A stretch of DNA of 64,000 bases from Bacteroidota bacterium (lineage in GTDB: Bacteria; Bacteroidota; Bacteroidia; Bacteroidales; JAAUTT01). The DNA lies in contig JAUZOO010000002.1 in the NCBI GenBank assembly GCA_030706405.1, positions 65,167 through 129,166 of the forward strand. Reading direction: 5' to 3'. Below the pieces are notes generated by a model. The model was not told where the DNA came from, did not search any database, and was given only the letters and a program-made list of their open reading frames with translations. This document shows, one piece after another, positions 17,556 to 28,134 of the stretch; position 1 is the stretch's first letter; the number at the start of each line of letters is the position of its first letter. A program made the position numbers and the translations under genes.

Positions 17556-18455
17556 ATGGAGCTTAAGTATTTACGCTTGGTAAAGAATATCGTTGAGATG
17601 GGGAGTATGGCCAAATCAAAAGATAAGCTTTGCTTAACTCAGTCGGCATTAAGTCATCAGCTTAAAGATGCCGAAACTCAGGCCGGAACAGCTTTGTTTT
17701 TGCGTTCGGGCAAAAAACTAATTCTGACTCAGGCCGGCGAAAAGGTATATAAAATGGCGTTGGATGTACTTTCGAAAATGGATCAGCTGGATCGCGAAAT
17801 GCTTGAAATTTCGAGGGGAGAAAAAGGGGTGATTCGCATATGTACTGCCTGTTTTACCAATTATTACTGGCTTCCGGGCCTTCTGGCTAAGTTCAGGGAT
17901 TTACATCCGCAGATAGAGATTAAAATTTATCCCGAATATATAAACGAATCGATGACACGGTTGCAAAATCATGATCTCGATGCTGTTATCATGAATAGGC
18001 CCGAAGTGTGTAAGAATATCCGTTTTCATGAAATAATGAACGATGAGATGGTGGCAATTGTTCCGCCCGGGCATGAATGGACAGCGAAAAAGTTTGTCAG
18101 GGCTTCTGATTTTGAAGGACAAAACCTTATTGTTTTTTCAAAGCCTTTGGATACTGTGGTGGTCTATTATAAAGTGCTTAAACCTGCCGGGGTTGAGCTA
18201 AATCATATTTACGAGGTGCCAATGAGCGAAGCGATGATCGAAATGGTGGTTGCGAAAATGGGAGTAGCTGTTGTTCCATACTGGATTGCAAGGCCTTATA
18301 TCGATTCTGGAAAAGTTGTCCCGCTAAGGGTTACTCCCAAGGGGCTGCAACGCAATTTAGGAATCGCGTTGTTGGAGAAGGATTGTTACCCGTCATATTA
18401 CAATACATTGATAGACTTTTTAAAAGAAAGTCTGATTACTACCCCTAAAATATAA
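17556..18455 (+). CDS. LysR-family transcriptional regulator
   Basis: N-terminal HTH (LCLTQSALSHQLKDAE) and a 299 aa LysR substrate-binding-like C-terminus. Confidence 0.85.
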   Translation: MELKYLRLVKNIVEMGSMAKSKDKLCLTQSALSHQLKDAETQAGTALFLRSGKKLILTQAGEKVYKMALDVLSKMDQLDREMLEISRGEKGVIRICTACFTNYYWLPGLLAKFRDLHPQIEIKIYPEYINESMTRLQNHDLDAVIMNRPEVCKNIRFHEIMNDEMVAIVPPGHEWTAKKFVRASDFEGQNLIVFSKPLDTVVVYYKVLKPAGVELNHIYEVPMSEAMIEMVVAKMGVAVVPYWIARPYIDSGKVVPLRVTPKGLQRNLGIALLEKDCYPSYYNTLIDFLKESLITTPKI

Positions 18456-18499
18456 ATGTCGGGCGGTGGGTTATTATCTCATTAACATGTTATGCAAAT

Positions 18500-21088
18500 T
18501 TAATAACTGTTCACCAGCGTAAATAACTGTATTTCGTTTTGCAACTCTGCTTTAGTGCCGGGGTAGGCGATGGTGACATGCCGGGGCTGACCAGGAAGCA
18601 GATCGAAGTTATTGTCCGAGAAATGAGCGTCGTTTAAACGGGTTACCAGCACTACGTTTTTGGCAAGGTTGGATGATGAAATGTCCATTTCAAACCGGTT
18701 TACCTGGCCGGTAATGGTATATTTTATATTTACAAGCGGGAGGTCGAGGTACTGTGGTTCAATAAAATATAACAGATTGTCGCTTATCGTTTTCTGGGTT
18801 GTTAAGATACTGGCGACTAAAAAAGCCCTTATCTTTTGATCTTCGGGACAAATCCGTCCGAGATTTCCGCTCCATAATAGCTCCGAAGTGTTGGGCTTTA
18901 TAACTGTTGGTTTTGATGAACTCCACAATTCTCTGCCGTTAAAATCGATAACCTGAAGTTTGAGTGTAGCATCTACAGTGGCAAGGCTGTCGCTGGCTAT
19001 ATAGACTTTTACCTTGTCGCCTTCCAGTCGCGGAATTACCGAAATATTTGCAAAAGCGCGTTTCACCGAGTATTGGGCCGGTTTCCAATTGCCGAAATAA
19101 TCGATGGTCGACCACGAGATGGTGGGCCAGCAATCGTTCAGGTGCCAATATAGCGATCCCATGCAGTGAGGGCGTTGAAGACGATGTGCCTCGATGGCGG
19201 TTTTTAAAGCATCAGCCTGCATTACCTGACTCAGATATACGAACGATTCAAAATCGGCCGGCATGTTATAATACATCTGAATATAGTTGATAATCATCTG
19301 ATTTCCGTTAGTGCGGGAGCTAATCCAAGGCATCCGGCTCCGTTGACGTGCTTCGACAATGGGCGAACGAGGATTTAGCGTTTCATCGCCGGCAAACGAT
19401 TTTAGCGTACGCAGATAAGGAAACGACTGCATTCCGTATTCGCTTACAAAGCGGCCCGATTGTCGGTTGGTATAAGCCGAAAATGGTTCGGTTCCGTACC
19501 ACACGCTCCAATCGTTCCAATCGCCTGAAGTGGTATCGGATGGCATGTCTCCGTATGCCGAAGGCGATGATGCCCAATAAGGGATGTGCGGCGAATAAGT
19601 GTTTATTGCCGATGGGATTATATCGTAAAAAATACGTTGATAGTTGTTCCAAATTTGATCGGCAATCGTCTTTGAAAAGAGATTTCTCCATCCCATTTTT
19701 CCCCAGAATGCTAGGTTTTTACTGTTTCCGCACCATAAGGCCATGCAGGGATGATTGCGCAGGCGTTTAATATTTTCTGCAATTTCCTTGCGTATATTAT
19801 CGAGATGAGTGCTGTCTCCGGGCTGTAAACCGCTGGTAAACATAAAGTCCTGCCAAACTAGAATTCCATTTCGGTCGCATTCGTTATAGAGCGAATCATT
19901 CTCGTAGATACCACCGCCCCAAATACGGAGCATGTTCATATTCGATTCGGCTACGCTGCTTATTAATTCACTGTACCGTTCGCCAGATACCCGTGTGGTA
20001 AGAACGTCGGGCGGAATATAGTTAGCACCTTTCATAAAAATGGGTACGCCGTTGAGCCGGAAAAAGAAACTTCGGCCTGTGGGGTCGGGCTCCTGTACAA
20101 GTTCAAGTTTCCTTACTCCAAATTTTTCTGTTTTGTCGGCTATCAGGTTATTGTCTTTGGATAATTCGGCCTGAAGCGTGTAAAGATAATGAGTGCCCAT
20201 ACCGTTGCACCACCATAAGTTTGGATTGGTAATCTGAAAGTTGAATTTTTCGATGTTCTTGCCTAGTTTCAGGTGAACCTTAACAGGAGCTTTAACAGTT
20301 TCGTTGTCGATGTTCAGGGTTAATTCGTAATCTCCTTCTTTGGTTGTCTGAATTTCTACAAACGTTAAATAATCGGCCAGTTCCTTTGAAATATTTTGAG
20401 GGTAAAGATAAATGTCAGAAATTTTGGCATTGCTCCAGGCATTAAGTGTTACCGCGCGCCATATACCGCAGGTCAGCAGACGGGGTGCCATATCCCAGCC
20501 ATACTGAAAAGCTGCTTTGCGGGTATAAATACTGGTGCGTTCGCCAACCGGTGCATTTTCGTTGGCCGCCGGCAGGCTGTAAGGTAGCTTACGGAGCTTT
20601 TTCATTCCTTCGTCAACAACCGGGTGAAAAATAACCCGCAATGTATTGCCTCGTTCTTTGAGGCGGCCGTTGCAGGGCACATCCCACGAACGGAACATGT
20701 TGTCGGCTTTTAGTACTAACTGTTCGTTAAGAAAAACATCGGCATACGTGTCGAGCCCTGCAAAATGAAGCGACACCATATCGTTTTTCTGCACGTCGAG
20801 CGGAGCATCAAAAGAGGTGCGGTATTCCCAGGTTTCCTTTTCAATCCATTCGAGGGCTTTTTCGTTGTTTTGGAAAAAAGGATCGTCGATTTTTTCATTG
20901 TTCAGAAGGTCGGAAATGACGTTGCCCGGAACCTGTGCCGGCATCCATTCGTTTGTTCCTGCTTTCCGAAAAGTCCAGTTATCGTTTAGCTTGATTTGGA
21001 CGTTAGGAATAATAGCGACTTTTTTGTTTTTATTGCACGAAAAAGCGAGGAATATGCAAAAAAATAAGAAAATATATTGTTTGCTCAT
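18500..21088 (-). CDS. GH2 beta-mannosidase-like lipoprotein (nucleophile motif present, acid/base motif absent)
   Basis: 862 aa and collinear with beta-mannosidases as I recall them (WxxAxVPG, GWD, SEYGMQSFP, YWHLNDCWP). Lipobox-like AFSC. WCGNSKN sits where WCGNNE is expected. Confidence 0.8.
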   Translation of the reverse strand: MSKQYIFLFFCIFLAFSCNKNKKVAIIPNVQIKLNDNWTFRKAGTNEWMPAQVPGNVISDLLNNEKIDDPFFQNNEKALEWIEKETWEYRTSFDAPLDVQKNDMVSLHFAGLDTYADVFLNEQLVLKADNMFRSWDVPCNGRLKERGNTLRVIFHPVVDEGMKKLRKLPYSLPAANENAPVGERTSIYTRKAAFQYGWDMAPRLLTCGIWRAVTLNAWSNAKISDIYLYPQNISKELADYLTFVEIQTTKEGDYELTLNIDNETVKAPVKVHLKLGKNIEKFNFQITNPNLWWCNGMGTHYLYTLQAELSKDNNLIADKTEKFGVRKLELVQEPDPTGRSFFFRLNGVPIFMKGANYIPPDVLTTRVSGERYSELISSVAESNMNMLRIWGGGIYENDSLYNECDRNGILVWQDFMFTSGLQPGDSTHLDNIRKEIAENIKRLRNHPCMALWCGNSKNLAFWGKMGWRNLFSKTIADQIWNNYQRIFYDIIPSAINTYSPHIPYWASSPSAYGDMPSDTTSGDWNDWSVWYGTEPFSAYTNRQSGRFVSEYGMQSFPYLRTLKSFAGDETLNPRSPIVEARQRSRMPWISSRTNGNQMIINYIQMYYNMPADFESFVYLSQVMQADALKTAIEAHRLQRPHCMGSLYWHLNDCWPTISWSTIDYFGNWKPAQYSVKRAFANISVIPRLEGDKVKVYIASDSLATVDATLKLQVIDFNGRELWSSSKPTVIKPNTSELLWSGNLGRICPEDQKIRAFLVASILTTQKTISDNLLYFIEPQYLDLPLVNIKYTITGQVNRFEMDISSSNLAKNVVLVTRLNDAHFSDNNFDLLPGQPRHVTIAYPGTKAELQNEIQLFTLVNSY

Positions 21089-21092
21089 TAAG

Positions 21093-23423
21093 CTATTTTG
21101 TGTCTGCTAAAGTTTTTATTTTTAAATCTTTGTATAAGGCGTCTTTCGTACCATTGTACCGAATTGGTATTTTAGTCCGTTTACCCGGTAATAGATCGAA
21201 GTTATTATCAGAGAACCAAGCCTGTCCAGAAGTTGTTTCGAGCCATACATTTTTGGCCAGCCGGTCCGTTCGTAAAATGAGGTTATAACCTTTAATTGAT
21301 GTGTTAATATTTATACTGATCTGAGGTTTGGTTAATGCCAAATTTTTAGGCTGGGTAAAGTATAATATATTTTGCGATAGTGTGATGTTTGGCTGGTTGA
21401 GCTGTATAACCAAACAACATTGCTTTGGATCGGCATCTTTTAGAATATCCTGCTCCTTTATTGATAATAGCGGTTTGCACGAATTGGCTTTGAGTAATAC
21501 CGGAACCTGTTTTGCATACAAATCTTTACCGCTAAAGTCGATGAGTTTGGCTAGTAGAATGGCGTCCTGGTCTTTCAGAGCCTCGCTCGAGGAATAGATG
21601 GTTATCTTATTTTTTTCGCGAACCGGCATCACCAGGATATGGGAATAAGCGTTTTTTATGGCGAACATCGCAGGTTTCCAGTGGTTTGAGTCAATCACCG
21701 AATACGATATTGCTGGGGCATAATCGTTTAATAATCGGAATATTGACCCCATGCAAACAGGCATATCACGCCGGTGTTTTTCAATAATGTTTTTCATTAC
21801 TTCGGCCTGTGCCAGCTGGCTTAGGTATATTAGTGATTCTGTACTTTTTGGGGTATTATAGTTGTTGAGCATGTAATTATAAAGTGAAGTATTTTTTTTT
21901 GCGGCTCCTCCAAAATCCCGGTTAACTGGAGTTCCGAATCGGTTAATGGTTCGAAGGGACGGGTAGGAGGCAAACATATTATCGTCAACCAATGGCGTAA
22001 TTAGTGGATTACTGGACGGTTGTCCGTTTTTTTGATAAGAGGTAATTTGATAATCGGTTTGTTCGCTAAGTTTTTTAACGAGTGATGGTAAAGTGTCCTG
22101 AAATAATTGTTTGTTATCCGGATTTACGTGGGATAAATCTCCGCACCAAAGCGCGAGACAGGCATGGTTGCGGTATTGTTTGATGATATCGGTAGTTTCG
22201 CCAATGATATTGTTCCACCAGATGCTATCTGTTGCTGGCTTGCTCTCGTCCAGCATAAAATCCTGCCAAACGAGGATGCCGTTTTCATCACAATAATTAT
22301 AGAAGTCTTCGTCCTCGTAAATACCGTCGTTGGTTATCCGAATCAGGTTCAGATGAGCAGTACGGGCGGCTTCAACCAAGCGTTTACGAGTAACCGGATT
22401 TACAACTAAGTTGAAGGAATTTCCGGCGATATATTCGGTGCCTTTAATAAAAAGCGGGGAACCGTTTACCTTAAAATAGAAGCCATTGCCTGTTTTTTTA
22501 GTGTACACAACGTCGATTGTCCGTACTCCCAGATGCTGGAGGGTTTCATGAAGAAGATGGTTTCCTTTTTTTAAACGGACTACAAAATCGTACAAATAAG
22601 GTTTTCCTAATCCATTGGTATACCATAGTTTAGGTTTCTTAATGTCGAATTCGACCATTCGGCTGTTGGTGCCTTTTTGTAAGTTCCATTTGGCTATTTG
22701 ACAGATAACTTTATTATTGATGAGAAGCTCAATTGAAACTTCGCTGGTATTAGCCGATAATACGGATATTTCAGTGGAATATCGGGCATTCTGGGATGAT
22801 ACTGCAACCGGACGATAATGGACTTCATTAATTTTAGCTCCCGACCAAGCCTGAATATGTACCGACCGGCCAATTCCTGCATTTTGGAAACGCAAAGCTT
22901 CCGCAAGGCTTGTCTGATAGATCGTTCGACGCACGAAATCTGTATTTTCGGCATTTCGTAAAGCATGAAAATAAATTCGTAAACGATTTCCCGTAGGTTT
23001 TAGCAGTCGTTTGCACTCCACGTTCCATACCCGGAACATATTGTTGGATTTTAAAATAAGCGAATCGTTAAGAAAAACGTCAGCTATTGGGTTGAGGCAG
23101 CCAAAAGTTAAATTAATGAAGCTATGATTGAGGGTAGCTTGTGGCACGTCGAACATGGTGCGGTATTCCCAATCTATTTTGTCAACCCACCGGATTTTGC
23201 TGATATTGTTGATTGAAGGAATCTGAATCTTGTGATTCCGGTATAAATCTGAAGCCACATCGCCCGGAACCGAAGCCGGGAGCCATTGATTGTCGCCTGC
23301 AATGTGAAATTCCCATGCCGATTTAAGTTCAAAATCGGTATTGATTTCCTGTTCGGCATGTTGGCACGATAACACGAGGAGACCAGATAGAAATATGTAC
23401 CACAAACCGGAAATTCGGGTCAT
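21093..23423 (-). CDS. GH2 beta-mannosidase-like paralog, probably catalytically dead
   Basis: 776 aa paralog of the neighbouring gene, 4 nt upstream of it in the same orientation. It lacks GWDW, the NE acid/base motif and the SEYG nucleophile motif. Lipobox-like VLSC. Confidence 0.7.
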   Translation of the reverse strand: MTRISGLWYIFLSGLLVLSCQHAEQEINTDFELKSAWEFHIAGDNQWLPASVPGDVASDLYRNHKIQIPSINNISKIRWVDKIDWEYRTMFDVPQATLNHSFINLTFGCLNPIADVFLNDSLILKSNNMFRVWNVECKRLLKPTGNRLRIYFHALRNAENTDFVRRTIYQTSLAEALRFQNAGIGRSVHIQAWSGAKINEVHYRPVAVSSQNARYSTEISVLSANTSEVSIELLINNKVICQIAKWNLQKGTNSRMVEFDIKKPKLWYTNGLGKPYLYDFVVRLKKGNHLLHETLQHLGVRTIDVVYTKKTGNGFYFKVNGSPLFIKGTEYIAGNSFNLVVNPVTRKRLVEAARTAHLNLIRITNDGIYEDEDFYNYCDENGILVWQDFMLDESKPATDSIWWNNIIGETTDIIKQYRNHACLALWCGDLSHVNPDNKQLFQDTLPSLVKKLSEQTDYQITSYQKNGQPSSNPLITPLVDDNMFASYPSLRTINRFGTPVNRDFGGAAKKNTSLYNYMLNNYNTPKSTESLIYLSQLAQAEVMKNIIEKHRRDMPVCMGSIFRLLNDYAPAISYSVIDSNHWKPAMFAIKNAYSHILVMPVREKNKITIYSSSEALKDQDAILLAKLIDFSGKDLYAKQVPVLLKANSCKPLLSIKEQDILKDADPKQCCLVIQLNQPNITLSQNILYFTQPKNLALTKPQISININTSIKGYNLILRTDRLAKNVWLETTSGQAWFSDNNFDLLPGKRTKIPIRYNGTKDALYKDLKIKTLADTK

Positions 23424-23674
23424 AACAAGGCGTAAATAGCTGAAATATAAAATGCTCTGAATTGTTTCTAAAGCGTTCCAACCCCCAAAGATAGAAAGTA
23501 TTCGCTTATGACGTTATAGTTTTTTGTTAGTGTCTGATTTAAAATGATATATGAATACAGAGTAGAGTTATCTTTGTGGTTTATTCGGTATAATTTTCTC
23601 GAAATGAATCGCTATGATCAGTCTCTAAAAGATTTTTACCTTTGCAGCGTTTTTTTACAACACATCAATATAAA

Positions 23675-24850
23675 ATGGTAAAAATCATTCTAAAATCCGG
23701 TAAAGAGCAGTCGTTATTACGTTTTCACCCCTGGGTATTTTCGGGGGCAATAAAAAAAATTGAAGGAAGCCCTGCCGAAGGCGATTTGGTTGAGGTATTT
23801 TCGGTTAGTAACGATTTTTTGGCTATCGGCCATTATCAGGTTGGGTCAATAGCAGTTCGTATCGTATCGTTTTCGCAGGTTGACATTAACGATTTATTTT
23901 GGAAAACGAAGCTGCAAAAGGCTTTCCAGATGCGCAAAAGCATTGGGTTAGCAGAAAACCCGCAAACCAACGTTTACCGGCTAGTGCATGGCGAAGGCGA
24001 CGGCCTTCCCGGATTGATTATTGATATATATAATGATACTGCCGTAATGCAGATGCACTCGATTGGGATGTATCGTATTAGAGAGCAACTCGCGAAGGCT
24101 TTGAAAGACATTTATGGGGACCAACTGGTTGCCGTGTACGATAAAAGTGCTGCTACCATTCCTTTTAAGGCGAATGTCGGGGCAAAAAATGAATATATTT
24201 GGGGTGAAAGCCAGCCTGCAGAAGTTCTTGAATATGGCAATAAGTTTCGGGTCGACTGGATTGAAGGCCAGAAAACAGGTTTTTTTATTGACCAACGCGA
24301 GAACCGCAAACTGGTCGAGTTTTATGCAAAAGATCGTTCCGTACTCAATGTGTTTGGCTATACCGGGGGCTTTTCGGTGTATGCCCTGCGTGGAGGTGCA
24401 AAACTGGTACACTCGGTGGACAGCTCCGAGAAAGCCATCGAACTGACTAATCAAAATGTAGCCTCAAATTTTACCGATACCCCCCACGAAGCTTTTGCCG
24501 TAGATGCGTTCGAATATCTTAATAAGATTGAAAATCAATACGATTTAATCATTCTCGACCCTCCCGCATTTGCCAAACACCAAAGTGCGTTGAAAAATGC
24601 TTTACAAGCTTATAAACGTATTAATGCAAGGGCAATCTCTAAAATTAAACCAGGAGGAATCTTGTTTACCTTTTCGTGTTCGCAAGTGGTGGGTAAAGAG
24701 CAGTTTCGCCAGGCAGTTTTTTCGGCTGCTGCTATTGCTAAACGCGAAGTTCGTATTCTTCATCAGTTAACCCAACCCAGCGATCATCCGGTGAATATAT
24801 ATCATCCCGAAGGAGAGTATTTAAAAGGCTTAGTTTTGTATGTGGAATAG
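23675..24850 (+). CDS. rlmI: Class I SAM-dependent rRNA methyltransferase (RlmI-like, PUA + MTase)
   Basis: VFGYTGGFSVYA SAM-binding motif and ILDPPAFAK. Start moved to the ATG at 23675; the track start is TTG. Confidence 0.75.
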   Translation: MVKIILKSGKEQSLLRFHPWVFSGAIKKIEGSPAEGDLVEVFSVSNDFLAIGHYQVGSIAVRIVSFSQVDINDLFWKTKLQKAFQMRKSIGLAENPQTNVYRLVHGEGDGLPGLIIDIYNDTAVMQMHSIGMYRIREQLAKALKDIYGDQLVAVYDKSAATIPFKANVGAKNEYIWGESQPAEVLEYGNKFRVDWIEGQKTGFFIDQRENRKLVEFYAKDRSVLNVFGYTGGFSVYALRGGAKLVHSVDSSEKAIELTNQNVASNFTDTPHEAFAVDAFEYLNKIENQYDLIILDPPAFAKHQSALKNALQAYKRINARAISKIKPGGILFTFSCSQVVGKEQFRQAVFSAAAIAKREVRILHQLTQPSDHPVNIYHPEGEYLKGLVLYVE

Positions 24851-24892
24851 TATTAATCAATAATAGGATACGAGCAATAATAAAATAAAAAA

Positions 24893-24944
24893 ACCTGTAA
24901 AAAAACGATGATTTCAAGACTAGTCTTGAAATCATCGTTTTTTT
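24893..24944. terminator. Bidirectional intrinsic terminator between rlmI and glyA
   Basis: Perfect 15-bp palindrome (24906..24920 with 24923..24937), flanked by an A-run and a T-run. Confidence 0.9.
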
Positions 24945-24997
24945 ATAGGTTTTTTTATTAAACCTGTAACGCTTATTTAGGACTAGTCATATTTTAC

Positions 24998-26278
24998 TTA
25001 CCATGCATAAAGCGGATAGGTTTTCATCAGGTCGTTAACCTTTTGACGAACACCTCCAATCACGATTTCATTATCTACATTGCTAAGTACTTCGTCAATC
25101 AAATCAACGATAAGCTCAACTTCAGTTTCTTTTACGCCACGAGTGGTAATTGCTGCAGTTCCCAAGCGGATACCTGAAGTTTGGAAAGGAGAACGAGTAT
25201 CGAATGGAACCATGTTTTTGTTAATTGTAATGTCGGCTTTAACTAACGTGTTCTCCGCAACCTTACCGTTCAAATCGGGGAATTTGGTGCGAAGGTCTAC
25301 CAACATAAGATGATTGTCGGTACCCCCTGAGATTACTTTATATCCTTTAGATACCATGGCATTAGCCATGACAGCAGCATTTTTGCGAACCTGTTCAACG
25401 TAAGTTTTGTAACCATCGGTGAGGTCTTCGCCAAAAGCTACGGCCTTGGCAGCGATAACGTGTTCGAGCGGACCGCCCTGAATTCCGGGAAATACGGCAG
25501 AGTCGAGCAATTGGGTCATGGTTTTGAGTTCGCCTTTGGGGGTAGTGATACCCCAGGGGTTTTCAAAATCCTTACCAACGAGGATCATTCCTCCGCGAGG
25601 GCCACGTAAGGTTTTATGGGTGGTAGTGGTTACGATATGACAATGAGGAAATGGCTGATTAAGCAAACCTCCGGCAATTAACCCGGCAGGGTGCGAAACG
25701 TCGGCCATAAGGATTGCACCAACCTGATCGGCAATGGCACGCATACGGGCATAATCCCAATCGCGTGAGTAAGCCGAAGCTCCGGCAATAATTAATTTTG
25801 GTTTTTCCTGAAGGGCAACGCGTTCCATTTCGTCGTAATCGACAGTTCCGGTTTCGGGGTGTACGCGATAAGCTACCGGACGATAAAGGATACCCGAATA
25901 GTTAACTGGTGACCCATGGGTTAAATGGCCTCCGTGCGAAAGATCGAAACCAAGGAAAGTATCTCCGGGTTTCAGAATAGCGAGCATAACGGCAGCATTG
26001 GCCTGTGCTCCGGAGTGGGGTTGAACATTTGCCCATTCAGCGTTAAAAAGTTTTTTCGCACGTTCAATAGCCAGGTCTTCAATCTGATCTATATACTGAC
26101 AACCTCCATAATAACGTTTTCCACTATAACCTTCGGCATATTTATTGGTAAGGCACGACCCCATGGCTGCAAGTACCTGGTCGCTAACAAAATTTTCCGA
26201 TGCAATGAGTTCAATACCACTCATCTGGCGGTGCTTCTCTTGCTCAATAATACTGAATACTTTTTCGTCTCTGTTCAT
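24998..26278 (-). CDS. glyA: Serine hydroxymethyltransferase
   Basis: [16 protein letters not shown]-lysine motif and collinearity with SHMT. Start moved to MNRDEKVF (ATG at 26278). Confidence 0.95.
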   Translation of the reverse strand: MNRDEKVFSIIEQEKHRQMSGIELIASENFVSDQVLAAMGSCLTNKYAEGYSGKRYYGGCQYIDQIEDLAIERAKKLFNAEWANVQPHSGAQANAAVMLAILKPGDTFLGFDLSHGGHLTHGSPVNYSGILYRPVAYRVHPETGTVDYDEMERVALQEKPKLIIAGASAYSRDWDYARMRAIADQVGAILMADVSHPAGLIAGGLLNQPFPHCHIVTTTTHKTLRGPRGGMILVGKDFENPWGITTPKGELKTMTQLLDSAVFPGIQGGPLEHVIAAKAVAFGEDLTDGYKTYVEQVRKNAAVMANAMVSKGYKVISGGTDNHLMLVDLRTKFPDLNGKVAENTLVKADITINKNMVPFDTRSPFQTSGIRLGTAAITTRGVKETEVELIVDLIDEVLSNVDNEIVIGGVRQKVNDLMKTYPLYAW

Positions 26279-26457
26279 ATTTTCGTGATAAGAATTCGGA
26301 TTAAGGCCCAAAGGTAGGTGTTTCGGCAATAATATTAAATAATGAACTAAATTTTTTCGGAAAAAGAGTTGGTTCAGAGGATTGAGGGTTTATCCTTACA
26401 GCAGAAAAAAATTCACTTTACAGTTTAAATTCAGCTAAGGAGCCGAAAGCTTATTGC

Positions 26458-26847
26458 TCATGCATTTGGAGAAAGAAATCTTTCAATTGTTGATAGTAAT
26501 ACTTTGTGGCTAATAGGCTTGGTCAGATACTCATTACATCCGGCTTCCAAACATTTGTTGCGGTCCTCTTCGGTTGAATAAGCCGTTTGTGCAATAATGG
26601 GAACAGTGGTGTTGAATTCTCTAATCTTTAAGGTAGCCTCAATTCCGTCCATTTCCGGCATTCTGATATCCATCAGGATGAGGCTGGTGTCCGGATGTTG
26701 CTTCATTAACTCCACGGCCTCTATACCATTTGAGGCCCAGAGAATGGAGGCTTGAGAACTTTCAATAATGGCCTCCATGAACAAAAAATTCATTTCTTCG
26801 TCTTCTGCAATAAGGATTGTTTTATGTTCCCAATTATAACTTCCCAT
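26458..26847 (-). CDS. Single-domain response regulator (receiver only)
   Basis: ILIAEDEE, LILMDIRMPEMDG and a conserved K (LTKP). Start moved to the ATG at 26847. Confidence 0.8.
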   Translation of the reverse strand: MGSYNWEHKTILIAEDEEMNFLFMEAIIESSQASILWASNGIEAVELMKQHPDTSLILMDIRMPEMDGIEATLKIREFNTTVPIIAQTAYSTEEDRNKCLEAGCNEYLTKPISHKVLLSTIERFLSPNA

Positions 26848-27156
26848 TTTATTATTTGTAGCGAACAGGTTTGTTACGGTTTTTGTTAAAAAATTTATAG
26901 ACCTGAGAGGCAACGGGGCATCCCAAGGTGTGAATGTACGAAAGAAATCTAATAAAATCAAAATCTATGCAGCCTGACCGAATATATTGCAAAATCTCTA
27001 TTATTGGCAGACCCTGATGAAAATATAGAGTTTTTGACGGTACTCTGTTTGAAGTTAAAGTTTAGTCGATTTATTTTTAAGTTATGAAAAGGTTAATTAA
27101 ATTTAATTAATTGTATATTATTTATTTAAGATTGATATTTGTATAATTTACAACGA

Positions 27157-27207
27157 TTAACATTTAGCTAACATTAAATTAATGTTTAGAAAATATTCAG
27201 GAAACAG
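27157..27207 (+). promoter_or_regulatory. Pho-box-like array of 11-bp-phased heptamers upstream of pstS
   Basis: TTAACAT-ttag-CTAACAT-taaa-TTAATGT-ttag-AAAATAT-tcag-GAAACAG. Confidence 0.6.
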
Positions 27208-27275
27208 AGTTTTTGTTTCTTTGTCGCCGAACTTACGGTTGAACGTATTGAAACTAACATAATAAATAGAAACTT

Positions 27276-28100
27276 ATGAAAAAAGTAGGTTTACTCGCTT
27301 TACTAACGTTAATTATCCTTTATCCGGCTTGGGGGCAAAAGGCTTCCGTGAAGATAAAAGGTAGTGATACCTGTTTGCCGGTTATCCAGAAAGAATCCGA
27401 ACAATTTTTGAAAAAGAATGCTGGTGCTGTCGTTATGGTTACCGGTGGAGGCTCAGGCGTTGGAATTTCGGCCCTTATCGGGAACAATACCGACATTGCC
27501 ATGTCGTCGCGCCGTATGAAACTCGACGAAAAGTTTAAAGTTCAAAAGGCTGGCAAAGAGCTGAAGGAAAAGGTATTTGCTTACGATGCTTTGTCGGTTG
27601 TTGTTCATCCATCCAATAAAATATCGCAACTTACCCGCGAGCAACTCGAAAAAATTTTTACCGGGAAAGTGAAAAACTGGAACGAAGTTGGTGGAGCCAA
27701 TATGCAAATTGTGGTTTATTCGCGAGAATCAAGCTCTGGAACGTATGAGTTCTTTAAAGATAAAGTATTGAAAAATAAGAATTTTGCAGCAAGCGTTTTG
27801 TCTATGCCAGCTACAGGATCTATTATCCAGAGCGTAAGTCAGACTAAAGGAGCTATTGGCTATGTTGGTATGGCCTATGTTGAAAAAAATGTAAAAAGTG
27901 TCAAAGTATCTTTCGATGGTGGGAAAACTTTTGTTGCCCCATCAGTTGAAACCGCCCGCAGTAAAACCTATCCCATCGCCCGCCCACTTTACCTGTATTA
28001 CTTTGGAAGTTCCGAAGCAAAGGTTAAGCCTTTTGTTTCGTACGTTTTTTCGGCTGAAGGCCAGAAAATAGTACAGGTTCAGGGATACGTTCCATTGTAA
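27276..28100 (+). CDS. pstS: Phosphate ABC transporter substrate-binding protein
   Basis: Signal peptide, GSDTCLP, GGGSGVG and SSGTYEFF motifs. First gene of the pstSCAB-phoU series. Confidence 0.9.
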   Translation: MKKVGLLALLTLIILYPAWGQKASVKIKGSDTCLPVIQKESEQFLKKNAGAVVMVTGGGSGVGISALIGNNTDIAMSSRRMKLDEKFKVQKAGKELKEKVFAYDALSVVVHPSNKISQLTREQLEKIFTGKVKNWNEVGGANMQIVVYSRESSSGTYEFFKDKVLKNKNFAASVLSMPATGSIIQSVSQTKGAIGYVGMAYVEKNVKSVKVSFDGGKTFVAPSVETARSKTYPIARPLYLYYFGSSEAKVKPFVSYVFSAEGQKIVQVQGYVPL

Positions 28101-28134
28101 ATAATAATTGAGCTAATAATTTAAAAACAACATT

